A stretch of 64,000 bases of DNA from Enoplolaimus lenunculus (lineage: Eukaryota). A program made the translations under genes and the position numbers. This document shows positions 12,659-26,429 of this stretch, in pieces (position 1 is the first letter of the stretch; each line of letters begins with the position of its first letter). Under the pieces are notes generated by a model. The model had not been told where the DNA came from. It was given only the letters and a program-made list of their open reading frames with translations, and made no database searches. The DNA lies in NCBI GenBank assembly GCA_030248215.1, contig JASANG010002365.1:372001-436000 (forward strand). The letters run 5' to 3'.

Positions 12659-13790
12659 CTGTAGTGACCCGAATAAGATGGGGGTCTCCATTTTGAGTTC
12701 CAATCAATAGCAGTCCGTATACCTAATAAGAGTCCGTGAGCAGATAGTCCTTAAACCCAAATTAGAGTCCATAAATTTTAATTATCCCTAATTGTAGCGC
12801 TTAAATGACTCCAGGACCAAATAAAGTAGAGTTCGAAACTTTGACGCGTACTTAGGTTTTGAACGTAACATTCCAAAGTATAACCTTGCATTATCGCTCA
12901 AATTTTAGATACAAGGCAAAAACGTTTAATTTGACGGAAAGTTGCAATACCGGATACATATCAGTAACGAAGGGGGCGGCGGAGGTCGGGTTGAAAACAA
13001 ATAGCAGTCCGTAACCCAATAACAGGGGAGTACGCTCTCGAGAGACCAAATAAATATCAGTTCTCTATCTCTTATACGGGTTGTGACCGGTCCCCACCGC
13101 TAATCTCTCAACGGTAACGACAAAACCGGGTAATGACATGCTCGTTAGACTTAAACTATTTCACTCAAGGAATTAACGCAGCAGAAAAAAAACCAGTTTT
13201 CCTCTCTGGTAGGAAAACCTGGAGTAAAACTAGAAAGAAGAGAAATCCCTTATGAGCAGTTATCTGGATTAGAAAACTAATTGTGATATAATTTTGAGGA
13301 CAATAACATGAATTTGCTGAATGATAATTGATTCTTATTTAATTCCAGATTTATGTTTCATGTTTTTCAATTTGATATCTATTATTAGTGTCTTATGTTT
13401 TGCTCTGTGTGTTAATTTTCTTGGAGTCAAAAAGTGAATTTAGATAATTTAGATTCGCATGTTTTTGCTGAATTTTAATTCAGAATTAGTTTTCGTTGAG
13501 TTTAGTTTCAGTTTAATTTCAACTTTGTTTTCAACTATTGGTCGTTGAAAACTAATCGTATCTTGGGTATTTGTAAGTCGTGTGTTTTGTTAATACTTAC
13601 GTTACTTGTAATTAAACCTTAACCCGAGTTCTGTTTATTAGCAAGTTCGACGGGCTTCTTAGTTCTAAATCGGAGATCGAAACCCCTTGTTAAGGCTGGA
13701 ATCGGATATGTCTCGCCCAGTCCTTTGACAAATCCTGTTTTCCTAAACCATGTCTACTAAGATATTCCTAGTTTACACGGGTCACTGCAG
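12659..13790. mobile_element. Family A MITE split within its right TIR by a solo LTR
   Basis: Left TIR at 12659; the right TIR CTCTTATACGGGT|...|CGGGTCACTGCAG is rejoined when 13082-13777 and one copy of CGGGT are removed. Confidence 0.8.
13082..13777. mobile_element. Solo LTR of an LTR retrotransposon (696 bp)
   Basis: TGT...ACA termini; perfect 5-bp TSD CGGGT (13077-13081, 13778-13782); no internal ORF. Confidence 0.8.
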
Positions 13791-14894
13791 TATTAGCTTA
13801 GTATTTATGATATAAATTGTAACATCAAACATCTGTTATGATTTTTCAATAACATCTATTCGCCTGATGACTTCAAGGTATTAATCTGGCAGCCCAAATT
13901 AAGAAAAATTTTAACGGATTTTCAACCTTTTGATTTGTAAATCTAACCTTTTAAGATTTCAAAACTCGACACATGCAAAGATCAGGGGCGGAACGTTATT
14001 CTGGAGGACTAGAATAGAGTAAGCTTAAGCTTTAGAATAATTTTTGCTTCGCTTAGGATAAGGCTTAGGCTTAGGCTTAGGAATATGCTTTATAATACTG
14101 TTCCGCCCCTGTTCTTTACATTGGCCCAAAAATTTTACACCGCAATCTGTACCAGTTTGTTTGCTCAAAAGCTAACAATTTTTTGTTCTATCCTTTAGAA
14201 CTTTAGCTTATATCATTAAATAGTTTTTTTACCTCGTCTTCCAACTGTTATTCAAATTCAACGAAAAAACTCAACAAATTGCCCAAGAGTCCTTAAAAAG
14301 GCTTTAATGAACATTAATTAAGATGGGTACAAAATTAAATTAACAGGTTTTACCAAAAAATTACTTAATTTTAGTATAAATTACATATCATTTATCTGTA
14401 AACTCTCAGCATGAGCACAGCATAAAACACGCATCTGTGCACGGCTGACGAACGGACCGTATTTCTACGGGACTACCAAAGAGTAAGCTTAAACTTTAGA
14501 TTTGATTTTTTGTTTAGGTTTAGACTTAGCCTTGGTGATAGGCTTAGTATAACGCTGATGCTTTAGCCTAGGTTTGTTAATATACTTATACTACTGTTAC
14601 GGCCTTCAGGTGTCCTTGGGCTGAAAACAGGTCATTTTTTTGCTTCATAAATTACCCAGTAAAATATGCGTTAAAAGCTGAAATTCAGCTAATCACACCA
14701 AAACAGCCGTTCAAATTTTGAAAAACCAATGAATTCTACTACCAAGTGCCGTGTGTATAGACTTACTATCACTCGATGTGGACGATTCAAAAAAGGATTG
14801 AGACTCTTTATTAAATGCAGGTACTTACGATTAACATTACAACTTCTCAGAAAATTAATGTTTTAATTTATGCTTCATTAGCTATAAAATTATT

Positions 14895-15306
14895 GGCCAA
14901 TGTTACTTTAAGGAGCGTAACAGTAGATTGAGCGTTATTCCTAAGCCAAAGCCTAAGTCTACGTGTTGCAAAAGCGTATTCCTAAGCCTAAGCCTAAGCG
15001 TTGCAAAAGTGTATTCCTAAGCCTAAGCCTAAGCCTACGCCTAAGCCTAAGCCTAAGGCTAAGCCTAAGCCTAAGCGTTGCAAAAGTGTATTCCTAAGCC
15101 TAAGCCTAAGCCTAAGCCTAAGCCTAAGCCTAAGCCTAAGTCTAAGTCTAAGCCTAAGCCTAAGCCTAAGCCTAAGTCTAAGCCTAAGCCTAAGTCTAAG
15201 CCTAAGCCTAAGCCTAAGCCTAAACAAACAAATGTAGCCTAAAATCTAAACCTACTCTTTTATGGATCCACCAGAAACCTGGATAACCATTAAAATAACA
15301 TAGGCA
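14895..15306. mobile_element. TTAGGC MITE (opposite orientation) with expanded (GCCTAA)n arrays
   Basis: Same body as 5967-6259 and 51150-51335; degenerate TSD AAATTATT/AAGTAATT. Confidence 0.75.
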
Positions 15307-16770
15307 AAGTAATTAGACGAATTTTTGGTCTGTTTTTGTCTTGACAACCTATTTCTTCCAGAGTTGAAAATTGCATAATCGTCAACACCAATTGACGCAA
15401 CGAGATTAAAGTTATACAGCGAAAAAAAACTTTGATTTAAAAATTTATGCTGTTTGTTGAAAATATATTTTTGTCAAATAATTGTTTACGCTTTTCTTAA
15501 GTATTAATAATGTTTCGAATGACGGCTTGAAAAACAATTATTAATATTTGACAAATTTATAATTACTTCATTGTTAATGTGGCGGCTAGCTACAGGGTCA
15601 AACTAGCTGCCGTGGCTAGGTATATCGATAATATGACTGAATCGGTGCTGTGGCTACACTCAAAATAATATTTCTGTTTAAGAAAAAATTTCTTACATTT
15701 GAGAAATATGTTTAGCAAGGTGCACTTGAAAAGTATTTCTGTTATAACAGAAGTGTTTTCAAAAAACGTTTTGAAATAAAGTCTGAAAATAAGCATTGTC
15801 CAGTTATTTTTAGAAAAATTGTCTTAAATTTCAGCAAAACGTTTCAGATTTACCACAGAAAACATTTTTCTGAATAAATTCAGAAATACTTTTTTGTGTG
15901 TACGACATATATTTGCCCCCCCCCCAGAAGGTTTTCAACCTTGCTTGTAGGTCATTAAAAACATTTTAATGCCTCTCCGGTAAATTTTTTAGCACCCCCC
16001 TAGCAAGGTGAACTGGCTAAGGGCCTGCTTAATATGCATATTGATGTATATTTTAAATATAAACATAAAAATCGCTATTGCTAAATCTCAGCTCTCAGTT
16101 TCCAAAAATGCGGCATAAAGCAAACGGTTTGTTTTGAAACTGTTCGGCTGACATTCATCAAATTGATGGTTTAAACATTGGGCGAAGCTGTAATTATTGG
16201 CTGCTGAAAACGAACGCAATGGCTGATGTCTGAAAAGGTTTCATAATTATACGTTTGAAGTTTATGGCTAAAACGGGTGAAATTAAAGCTGAAAAATCAC
16301 AGAACCAGACCGGGACACTAGCGGATCCAGAGAAGGGGCGTACGCCCAGTCATCAGAATGTTTTATGTTAAAATGGAAAGGTTCCTATCTTACAATTTTT
16401 TACAATTTTTCGCACAGAATTTTTTGTGATAAAATAGTATGGTTTCCCTACCTTACAATTTTTTGCCCTCAGAAAAATTTTGGTGATAAAGTGATAAGGT
16501 CCCTACCATACAATTTTTGCGTTTCATAACATTTGTCAGCCCACCTCACTCTCGTCAAAAAATTTTGGATCCGCCTCTGGCCGCAGTATAGATGAAATTT
16601 ATACTGCGGCTAGAAATCACGCAAAATAAAATAGCTAAAATGATATTGGAATCAATTTTAGCACTTTCTTGCACGTCGGTGTATTATTTGTGCAATTAAA
16701 AGCACATACTGAGTACGCCAAATAATAATATGGCACAGTGTTTAACAATTATGCCTATTTATACACGATA

Positions 16771-16996
16771 CACTGCAAAAAATGATGAGTCAAATTCAGA
16801 CTCTCTCCGAAATAGGCTTTTTCGGACTACACAATCTGAGTCAAATTCGACCCCGTCGGAGTAAAATTCGTCTCACTGAGCGATCCATTGCGTTGAATTT
16901 GACTCTGGCGTAAGTAGTCGACTTGTGACTCAGTTTGTGTAGTCCGGAAAAGCCTATTTCGGAGAGACTCAGTTTGACTCACCATTTTTTGCAGTG
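16771..16996. mobile_element. Family C hairpin MITE (CACTGCAAAAAATG...CATTTTTTGCAGTG, TA TSD, internal GAGTCAAATTYGACTC palindromes)
   Basis: Copies at ~12138-12335, 17721-17907, 41645-41860. Confidence 0.8.
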
Positions 16997-19196
16997 TAGG
17001 ATCGATGTTAAATTGCCTTGTGAACAAGCAAACAAGATCTTTTTGTTTCAATTTTGTTGCAAATATAGCAGAATAGTTGGTCTCATATCTCAAGCCATTC
17101 ACAGGTCGTCTCCGTGTGCTGCACGCCGTCAAATTGAACAACGGGTGTGTTTATGTTAAAAAATCACCAATGGTGAGGCATATCATGGCGTATCTGAACC
17201 CTGAATCTGATTGGTTTATAATACTATTTTTATCCTCTCAATCTGAGCATTCATTCATCTAATATTGCAGCAGAAATCAAGCGATAATTATTTTACGTTC
17301 AAAAATAAAGCTAAAAAATTTAAACTGTGAGTGCGGTTACAGCTTAAAACGTAAATCTAAATTGTAAAATTACATTAAATTAACCAAAAATACCCCTGGT
17401 TCATTTTCGGGTCAGCTGAACCTAAAAAATGGCTAACAGTATGACGCAAAACAGACTACAAAAATTGGTCAAATTCTAATAATTCATCCACGTAATAACT
17501 GTAGAATATGTAAAGTCAATTTAAGCTGATTGCCCTGCACATTACGCTAATTAGACTGTGATTAGTAGTAATTGTTCAATTTTACCTACAATTTTCTTCA
17601 TAAATCAAACTCGGCGATAATTTAGAGCTGTTTTAGATTTTGGTCATTTTTAATACGACGAAATGTTAAATAATTTATAGAAAAATTAACCCTGTCGCAT
17701 TTAAAATCAAACATTATCTACACTGCAAAAATGGATAGTCAAATTGACTCTTTTCGAAATAGCCTCTACCGGACTGCATAAAATGAGTCAAATTCGACTC
17801 CGCCAGAGTCAAACATGCGATTCAGTGAGTCGAATTTTACTCAGATTGTGTAGTCCCGTAGAACCTATTTCGGAAAGAGTCCATTTGACTCAACATTTTT
17901 TACAGTGTATTCACGAATAAGATAGAACTGATATTTTAACAAATTACTGGCTAAATTAATTTTAAAATCTTTCAAAACATTCAACAAAACACAACCGAAG
18001 CCGGTGTTAATCTTTATCAAAGCCTTAATTTCGGATCCCTAATAAGAGTCCGTAAGCGGATAGAGTCCCTAAACCTTAATTTAGAGTCCATAATTGTCAA
18101 TAATCTCTAATTGTAGCGCATAAATGACTCCAAGACCAAATTAAGTTTATTTCAAAACTTTAACTGACATGGCAACCAACAAAAATGCTGCAGGTCAGTT
18201 CAGCCCAAAAGAGAGAATGACATAAGAGATGGGTGTTAAATCTAACTAAGAAAACGCGGCGGAGGGTTGGTTAAAAACAACTAACAGTCCGTCACCGAAT
18301 AACAACGGAATACCCTCTGGAAAGACCAAATAAATATCACTCCATCCAACTTATTCGGGTCACTACAGTACGTATCTTGTAGTACCAATACTGGCGGTAT
18401 ATAGAACCGTTGTAGCGAAAATTTTGCAAGTCTGTGTAGCTCAATCGATTAGAGCAGTGAACCGAAAACCAGTGTAAACAGATTAAATTCACGAAATCTC
18501 CACGCTCAAAAATGTATTCATTCAAAAACCAGGTGGATATAACTTAAACTAAATATCATGCGTTGACGGTATATCCCAATTAGAACATTAATGTGTTGAA
18601 ATGTTTTTCAAATTTTGCTTGTTGTTTTTAAATTTGAAATAAACACTAAAACAGTATGATACCCGGTACTTACTTGTTCACTTTTCACTCTAAGCATAGC
18701 TCTAAAGCCTAATACAGGGTTCGCGTTATAACTGAAGCAGTCGGGTCACGTTTTGTCACATGTTGATTCGACATCAACATAAATTTTTGTTACCATCATA
18801 TGATACGGATAAACAGAAATAAACATTTAAACGATATGATATCTGGTATTTGTACGCTGTTTCACTGGAAGCATAGTTCTAAGCCTAAGCCTAAGAAAGT
18901 GTAATCCTAAAATCTAAAATTTTCAAAAATTTCGGGCGAAAGTGTACTGTTTATATAGGTATATAGCGAATTTTACCTCAAATTGAAATTTAAAATATTT
19001 TGCAGTGCAATCAAACGTATCCGACACTACGTAAGCCGGATCGTAGTCGAAAACTTTTTAGTCTAAACACTACAGATGAACTTTTTGGCAATTTTTCTAT
19101 TTTAACATATTTGTCACATGAATATTTTCTATTTCATCTAATGACTGCGAATTATTTCGCTACACATTGCGCTATGGTATTATTCATAGTCAACTT

Positions 19197-19581
19197 GACC
19201 AATGTAAAGAACAGGGCCTGAACAGTAGTATAAGCATATTCCTAAGCCTAAGTCTAAGCTCAAGTCTGAGCGTATGTATGAGCCTATTCCTAAGCCTAAG
19301 TCTAAGCTCAAGCCTGAGCGTATGGATGAGCCTATTCTTAAGCCTAAGCCTAAGCTCAAGCCTAAGCGTATGGATGAGCCTATTCCTAAGCCTAAGCCTA
19401 AGCCTAAGCGTATGGATGAGCCTATTCCTAAGCCTAAGCCTAAACCCAAGCCTGAGCGTATGGATGAGCCTATTCCTAAGCCTAACTCTAAGCCTAAGCC
19501 TAAGCAAAAAAGTTAGTCTAAAGCTTACTCTATTTTACAGTCCCGCCGCAAAACGTTCCAGCCCTGTTCTATACATGGGTC
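19197..19581. mobile_element. TTAGGC MITE with internal higher-order 42-48 bp repeats (GCGTATGGATGAGCCTATTCCTAAGCCTAA...)
   Basis: TIRs GACCAATGTAAAGAACAGGG / CCCTGTTCTATACATGGGTC; perfect TSD GTCAACTT (19189-19196, 19582-19589). Confidence 0.85.
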
Positions 19582-19970
19582 GTCAACTTGACGGGTCAAG
19601 ACGTGAACTTGCTATTGGTCTTAAAATCTTAGTCTTCTATGATAAATTGCTAACACTAAATTTAGTCATTTTTCTAAACATTCTGTATTAAGTTTTCGCA
19701 CGAAAGTACTCAACTTTCTATACCAAGACCGTTTTGTAGACGTACAAACGCACCTTGGACACACTGAAATGCTTGATTTGAAACTGTGGAAAATGAAAAA
19801 AAAAACGCCAAAACTGCCTCACAGGGTTTAAAGAATCAGGTTAAGATTAAGTAGAGATGCTGAGGATTAACTGATCTTAAAAGCAGATATTACAGAATTA
19901 GGTTATCTGTATAAGATCCGCTCGCTTAAGCTGTGAAAAACCTTACGACGCCTGTTTTCTAACTGCCATG

Positions 19971-20136
19971 CGGGCCTGTAGCCAAGGGGGGGGGGCAGGG
20001 GGGCTCAGCCCCTCATGGAAAAATTTTGTCCCCCCTAGAAGATTTTCAACCTTGCTTGTAAGTCACTGAAAACCGTTAAATTCGCCTCCTGAAAATTTTT
20101 TAGCCCCCTTAGCAAGGTTGGCTGGCTACGTGCCTG
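19971..20136. mobile_element. ~165-bp hAT-like MITE family F (consensus CAGGCCCGTAGCC...GGCTACGGGCCTG)
   Basis: 8-bp TSD CTGCCATG/CTGCAATG. Copies at ~6403-6570, 15913-16027, 23562-23710, 28966-29110, 30940-31100, 35040-35200, 50230-50398, 52375-52523. Confidence 0.75.
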
Positions 20137-20222
20137 CTGCAATGAGCTAATATATGGCGATAGATAGCGGAGATATATCTCCACGATCTCAACGACCCCT
20201 ATAGGAAGTTTTACCCAAAGTT

Positions 20223-20319
20223 AAAAACCACGCCAGGGAATCGAACCTCGACCCTCGTGCACTCGAGTCTCGGCCCTCGTGTACTCGAGTCAATCATGTA
20301 ACCACTACACCATGTGGCC
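20223..20319 (-). pseudogene. tRNA-derived sequence (tRNA pseudogene or SINE head) with a duplicated anticodon/variable-arm segment
   Basis: GGCCACATGGTGTAGTGGTTA (A box) ... GGTTCGATTCCC (B box) ... CGTGGTTTTT. The ~23-nt segment GACTCGAGTRCACGAGGGYCGA occurs twice and the stems are imperfect. Confidence 0.6.
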
Positions 20320-20612
20320 GATTGCAACAACTGCATATACCGCTTATATGTAAACATGTATAGCAATCATTTTGGTTTTACATACACTTATCGTGCATAT
20401 ATACCGACAGGGATATATTTCCTGCCGAAATTTGCCGAGACAAAAAATATAACTTTTCAGATGGGATTGACCGAGTTTCTTGATCTGAAAAGTTCAATTT
20501 TTATCTGGCAAGTCGTCTATGAAACCGTTTTTAGTTTAAAACTGAACGCCATTGTATTATTAATCATGGTCAGAATAATTAAGTTTTCTTTCAGCTCAAT
20601 ATAGCACACAGA

Positions 20613-20825
20613 TATGTATATATATTTATATATAAATATATATATATTTATATATATTTATATATATATGTATATATATGTATATGTATATGTATGTATA
20701 TATGTATATATGTATATATGTATGTATGTATGTATATATGTATATATATGTATATATGTATATGTATATATATGTATATATACATATATATACATATATA
20801 TATATATATACATATATATAATGTA
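20613..20825. repeat. (TA)n/(TATG)n compound microsatellite
   Basis: Visible directly; other (TA)n tracts at ~26817-26895, 30365-30513, 60571-60688. Confidence 0.95.
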
Positions 20826-21895
20826 TGCTTATGCTAAAACGTAAGTGTTACGTCTGAATGAACGAGTATTCCAGGTACGATTAGAAGAGCGAGGGTAAGG
20901 TATAATATATTCCGCTTTGACATTTCTGCAGACGACAAAAACATGCGCTTTGACAGGCTTTAGAATGACCTTATCGATTAAAAAGTTCCAAAATGAGGCT
21001 GGACACTGCCGAATAACTTGAATACACACGAACGAAGGGTTCATGACGGTAGCGGTGGTAACAAGAAAAATGTAATTTCTCCAGAGCTTCGAGGAACGAT
21101 TATCGGTCAGGCAGCTTATACTTTTAAGCTCTATTCAAACATGCAAGATTTTGCTGCGAGAACTTGCAGCTACAACCTGGTCTTGCACGTTTTGCCCAAA
21201 ATCCTGTTCGAAAAACTTGCAGCTGCAAATAATTCATTAAAAATCATAGCTACGAATTTAGATCACATGTGTGAATAACCATGCAAGTTGACTGAGTTTG
21301 TTGCAGCCGCTTTTTCATTGGCTGATGAAAAAATACAAGTTCTGCGTACAATTTGCCAGCAAAAACTTGCACGTGTAAAAATGCCTTAAGTGATAAATCA
21401 AATTTTGGACTGAACTTAAAATTTTGTCCACGAAGCATTTACACAACTTAACTAGGGTACTTGACACTTATGGACAAATTGGTAATTTTACGCTTTGTTC
21501 ATTCACAAACGGTAGCAAAATAGTCTACGGTACATTAAGGCTCAAAGCAGACACCACTGAATCTTATTACCCTCCCAGCGTTATTCGGGTCACTACAGTA
21601 AACCAACACCGTTATATACAACAATTAATGCATTTACACTAAATGACCAGAATCATACGTAAGCTTTTAGTTGCGCACATTATGGTAATATCTTGATATC
21701 GCGGAACAAAGTATACCAAAGATCGAAAGAATATAAATTTTTCAATACTTTGTAAACATATTAAAAAAGACTAAGTATGAAAAAGAGGGTATTTTAGCCT
21801 AAAAATAACAGGTGTGGCAGGTTTAAGTAGCCAGATAGCGTGACCAATTACTGATTACCCCTGTTTAATGTTTGCTGGTAGCTTTGTGGCTTACA

Positions 21896-23254
21896 CACTG
21901 TAAATTTCAGTGAGTTGATTTTAACTCATAATGAGTTGAATCACTTAGTGTGAGTTAGGACTATCAGAGCTGAGAATTGTGATTTTATTCAAATCATTCT
22001 GAGTTAATTAATCAATTCACACAGAGGCAAATCAACTCACAGAGTGAGGATCAGTTCAACTCATAGTGAGTTAAAGTTTACTGATTTTAATTCAGAAATA
22101 ACTAACTCACTAGCTGAATTAATTATAATAAACTCATTGAAATTTACAGTGTATATATACAACATGAAGAAAGCGGAGGTATATTCGCACAAAATTCCCA
22201 AATTAAATTCTACACTGTAAATTCCAATGATTTGATTAATCAACTCATAGAGAGAAAATTAGTCATATCTGGTTACTTCTGAGTTAATAACAGTAAATAT
22301 GAACTCACTTTGAGCTGATTTAATGAGTTGAAACAATTCTTAAATCTGAGTACTGAAAGACCTATAAATCAGAGCTCAGACTTCTGAGTGGATTTAATTC
22401 AGTCTGAGTTAAAATTAACTCACTGAAATTTACAGTGATGAAAGTAAACTTTTAAACGCTGTAAAATAATCCGCTGAGATCAAAAAATTTTCTCGTTCGC
22501 TACGCTCGTTTGCGAAAATGTTTTAGACTTAATTATTCATGTTCAAAATAAAATCTACACTGTGAATTCCAATGAGTTGATTAATTAATTCAGCTAGCGA
22601 GTTGGTAATTTCTGAATTAATATATCAATAAACATTAACTCACTCCCAGTTGAGTTGATTCTCTCTCTGAGTTGAGTTGACTCTGTATGAATTGAATCAA
22701 CTCAAAACTTCGAGTTCTGATAGTCCAACTCAAACTGATTGATTCAACTCGTTCTGAGTTAAAATCAACTCACTGAAATTTACAGTGTAAAAAATTTTGT
22801 TTACAATTTGTTTTATTCGGTGAAACTCGACAATTCAAGATCGTTGTCGTACGGTGCCACTTTAAAATGGCCCAAAAATGTGGCGCCTTCCGAGCTGATG
22901 GTAAAATATTTTGACGCGAGTGAATGTATTCTCAAATGTGTGTAGCACGAGCATCTATTGCTAGTTAAATAGCTTATAAAACGAAATTGTGAACCCCGCT
23001 TGCCTGCGCGGTAAATTTTATTCATTTAACCTAAATTCAGAACGAGTAAAATCCACTCAGAGGGTTTGACCGCTGAATTAGGTCTTTCAGAACTCAGAAT
23101 TCTGAATTGATTGAACTCATACTGAGTTACTTAATCAACAAAACAAGCATTAAATCAGCACAGAGTGAGTTAATGTTTACTGTTATTAATTCAGAAATAA
23201 CCAGAAATAATTAATACTATATTCGAGTTGATTAACTCTTCAGAATTTGCTGTG
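21896..23254. mobile_element. Cluster of four ~230-255 bp family B elements (CACTGTAAATT...AATTTACAGTG, TA TSD; CACTA/EnSpm-like termini)
   Basis: Copies at 21896-22151, 22213-22437, 22558-22787 and a partial at 23025-23254, rich in GAGTTGA/TCAACTC subterminal motifs. Further copies at 4373-4621, 38681-38932, 39075-39295, 39659-39905, 57718-57949, 63877-64000. Confidence 0.8.
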
Positions 23255-24565
23255 TTAACTTTCCACATTGCAGCAGTATAAATTAACGCAATATGCTGAA
23301 TTTTGAATATCACAGCTAATCTGACAGCAGTTGACGATAGGTGCAACACACATTAGAGAATATGTGCAAAACCTGGTAGAAGCACTCGGTAAAATAATCA
23401 AATCGCTTCAACTCGAGTTGCGTCTTATAATTAAACTCATTTCATCTGAATGGTAACTTAGCTAAAACACAGCAAGCTGCAATAAAAACTATAATCAGCA
23501 GCTGATAAATAGATGTAACGCACGTTTGAGAATATGGGCATAGTTGGTAAATGGATCCATCTGGCCCGTAACCAGCACTCCTTGCTAGCTGGGCTAAAAA
23601 AATTTCAGGAGGGGCATATAAGGGTTTTCAATGACTTATAAACCTGGTTGCAAACTTTCTAGGGGGTGCCAAAAGTTTTCCAGGGTGGCTGAGCCCTCGT
23701 GGTTACCTCTCAGTGTAACCGGAATTCCGATTCCGATTAGAATTCCGATTCAAAGCAAATTCCGATTCCGCTTCAAATTATCAGAATCTGACATTTTAAT
23801 TTTAGGACTACTTGTAATATGTTGTCTAAAATTAAGGCATCATTTATCTATTAAATTGTTTTCGATGAGTTAACTTGTCATTTTGAATGTGGTACGAAAA
23901 AATATTGCCAATCTAACGTTTTTGAGGAATGTTGCCAGCCAACAGGCACCCTAAATCGATATTATACTCGTTAATACAAATTATTCGTGTTGTCACATTA
24001 TTTTTCGTTCCGATACCGCTTCCGATTCCAATTCCGGCATAAATTTGCTGTACCGATGTTGATTCCGGTATAATCCAGTTGCGCTTTGCACCCTGATACC
24101 TCTTAGCTACGAGCCAGATGCATCCAGCACCTGAATGCTCATTGTATTTAGCTATAAAGCTGCAATAAAAACAATAACAATAAAAGCATAAATACATAGC
24201 AGGTATACGGGGCCACTGGTTCCTAAGCAACCGATAAAACATCTAAAATATGCAACTGTCAGTCATACCAAAAAAATATACCTTGAATACTTTTTATTGT
24301 GTTCAAATTAGCGGAATCAGCTTTTTAGAATTGGTTTTACCTAAAATATAATCGCTCGTTTTTGTGAATATCTGTAATTACGTTTATAGACATTTCTTTT
24401 AGAAATAGTGCAAAAATAACAGTGTCTCCCAAAATTGTATTTTTTATTGACGCAATTCGATCTGAACATCAGTTGAAAAAAAACTTAACCGACTTGATGT
24501 GGCTATTTTGAAATTAAAATGTTCAATCAGTCGCTTTATAAATTAATTATATTAAAATTTGGAGC

Positions 24566-24723
24566 GAAAAGTAATTGATTGAATTTGGCGTCGAAAAGTA
24601 ATTGGTTGAATTTGGCAACGAAAAGTAATTGGTTGAATTTGACAACGAAAAGTAATTGCTTGAATTTGGCAACCAAAATTAATTGACTGAATTTGGCAAC
24701 GAAAAGTATTTGCTTGAATTTGG
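24566..24723. repeat. 27-bp minisatellite, ~6 copies (GAAAAGTAATTGGTTGAATTTGGCAAC)
   Basis: Direct tandem units. Confidence 0.85.
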
Positions 24724-25716
24724 GGCAATTTTACATCGACATATTTCCTCGAGATTGAAAATTATCCAGTTAAAGTTGAATTTGGCTATTTTATCAAAGC
24801 TGCCGCCCCGTGTACAATTATGGAACAAGCATCGCATGACTCAACTGAGAGAACGCTTTTGACTCAAAACACAGTTCAAATTTAAAAAAACTACGCTCAT
24901 GTTTAAAACGACTCAATTTGAGAGTTCGAAAAAAATTTCCGTGTATCAAAAATAAACATAACAATAAAAGCGTTGTTTGTTCATAGAAGTATTAAAATGT
25001 AAACACTGGCTGGAGCAGACTACGGTTGGGAACCTGCCTTAATACCGGGCTGAAAGCCCTTGCGATGATACAAATATTTTTCCATTTTTTGTTCCAATTC
25101 TTGTTAGAGGGGTTCCTCTAAGTAGTGCCCCCCATATGGGGAGTATGAAGGTGGCTGCTCCGATCTTGAATGTAAAAAACTGTGTAAACACCGCTACACA
25201 CAGTTTAATAGCAAGCAGTTTGCTTAATTTTGCAGGCTTAAAATGCTATGAAACCGATTGTAGACTTAATAATAAGGTAATACGCTCAAAGATAAAACGG
25301 ATATCGCAATGGTTGTGAGTTTAGCGGTATTTATGAATTTTACATTGGACATTTAATTTGCATATTAGAAGCAGGACTTAGTCCAGGATCTGTATTCTCA
25401 AATGTGTGCGGCATCTGTCACTAGTTGTTGATAGGTCAAGTAATTTTCGAACCAGTGAATGTTGAACGTCAAAACGTAACATATTTTTAGCATATGATTT
25501 GCTCTGTTCTACTGTGTACCAATTTTAAGTTCAACACCTGCAATACTAAAGTGAGAGTTTGAAAACCTATTACTAACTTATGATAGTTCCTATGCACATA
25601 TGAAAATAGGGGCCCTGATCGTAAGCTTAAACCACATAAGCATATTTTAGGTACATGAATGTAGAATTGTTTTGGCAAAATTGAAAAAGCTAGCACGCGT
25701 TAGCAATAACCGTCCA

Positions 25717-26116
25717 CTGTAGTGACCCGAATAAGAGGTGGGCCTGATATATATTTGGCTCCTCCAGAGGGTACCCGCCCTGTTATTTGGATACGGACTG
25801 TTATTTATTTATAGCCCACGCTCCGCCACATTTCGTTACTGAAATATATCTGGTACTGCAACTGTCCGTTGAATTAAACGTTTATTTGTGTTTTTCAATA
25901 GCTTGAGCGATAATGCAAGGTTATACTTAGGGATGTACTTTCAAAGTGAGCTTTAAAGTTTCAATTTCAACTCAAATTAGTTGGTCATGGAATCATTTCA
26001 TGCGCTACAATTAGGAATAATTGCCATTTATGGACTCTAATTACAACTTAGGGACTCTATCCGCTTACGGACTCTCATTAGGGATATGGATTCCTCTCTT
26101 ATTCGGGTCACTACAG
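25717..26116. mobile_element. Family A MITE
   Basis: CTGTAGTGACCCGAATAAGAG ... CTCTTATTCGGGTCACTACAG. Confidence 0.8.
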
Positions 26117-26168
26117 TACCCGGTGTTAGACAGGTGGGACAAGTGGGCTTAGGGACTGAAAATATTAA

Positions 26169-26429
26169 CCCTTTCTCTCATGAATATTTTCTATTTCCCC
26201 TGAGACCTACTATAATGCTAGGATTCGAACTCCAGTGACTGGAGTGGGAGGCGTATACCATCACCACTCAGCTATAGGAGCTTGATGCTCGAGCCCGAGG
26301 GGGCTCTCACGTCTTGTGGTGATTTAGTACTATGTATTCGTGTTGCAATTGTTAAACAGGGTGCGATATATATTATTTAACGTATATATTGCGCTGAGTT
26401 GCCGATGGGCAACTCAATGTGAGAAGGGG
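26169..26429 (-). mobile_element. piggyBac-like MITE containing a tRNA-derived segment
   Basis: TTAA|CCCTTTCTC...GAGAAGGGG|TTAA; internal A-box TAGCTGAGTGG and B-box GTTCGAATCC on the minus strand. Confidence 0.8.
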
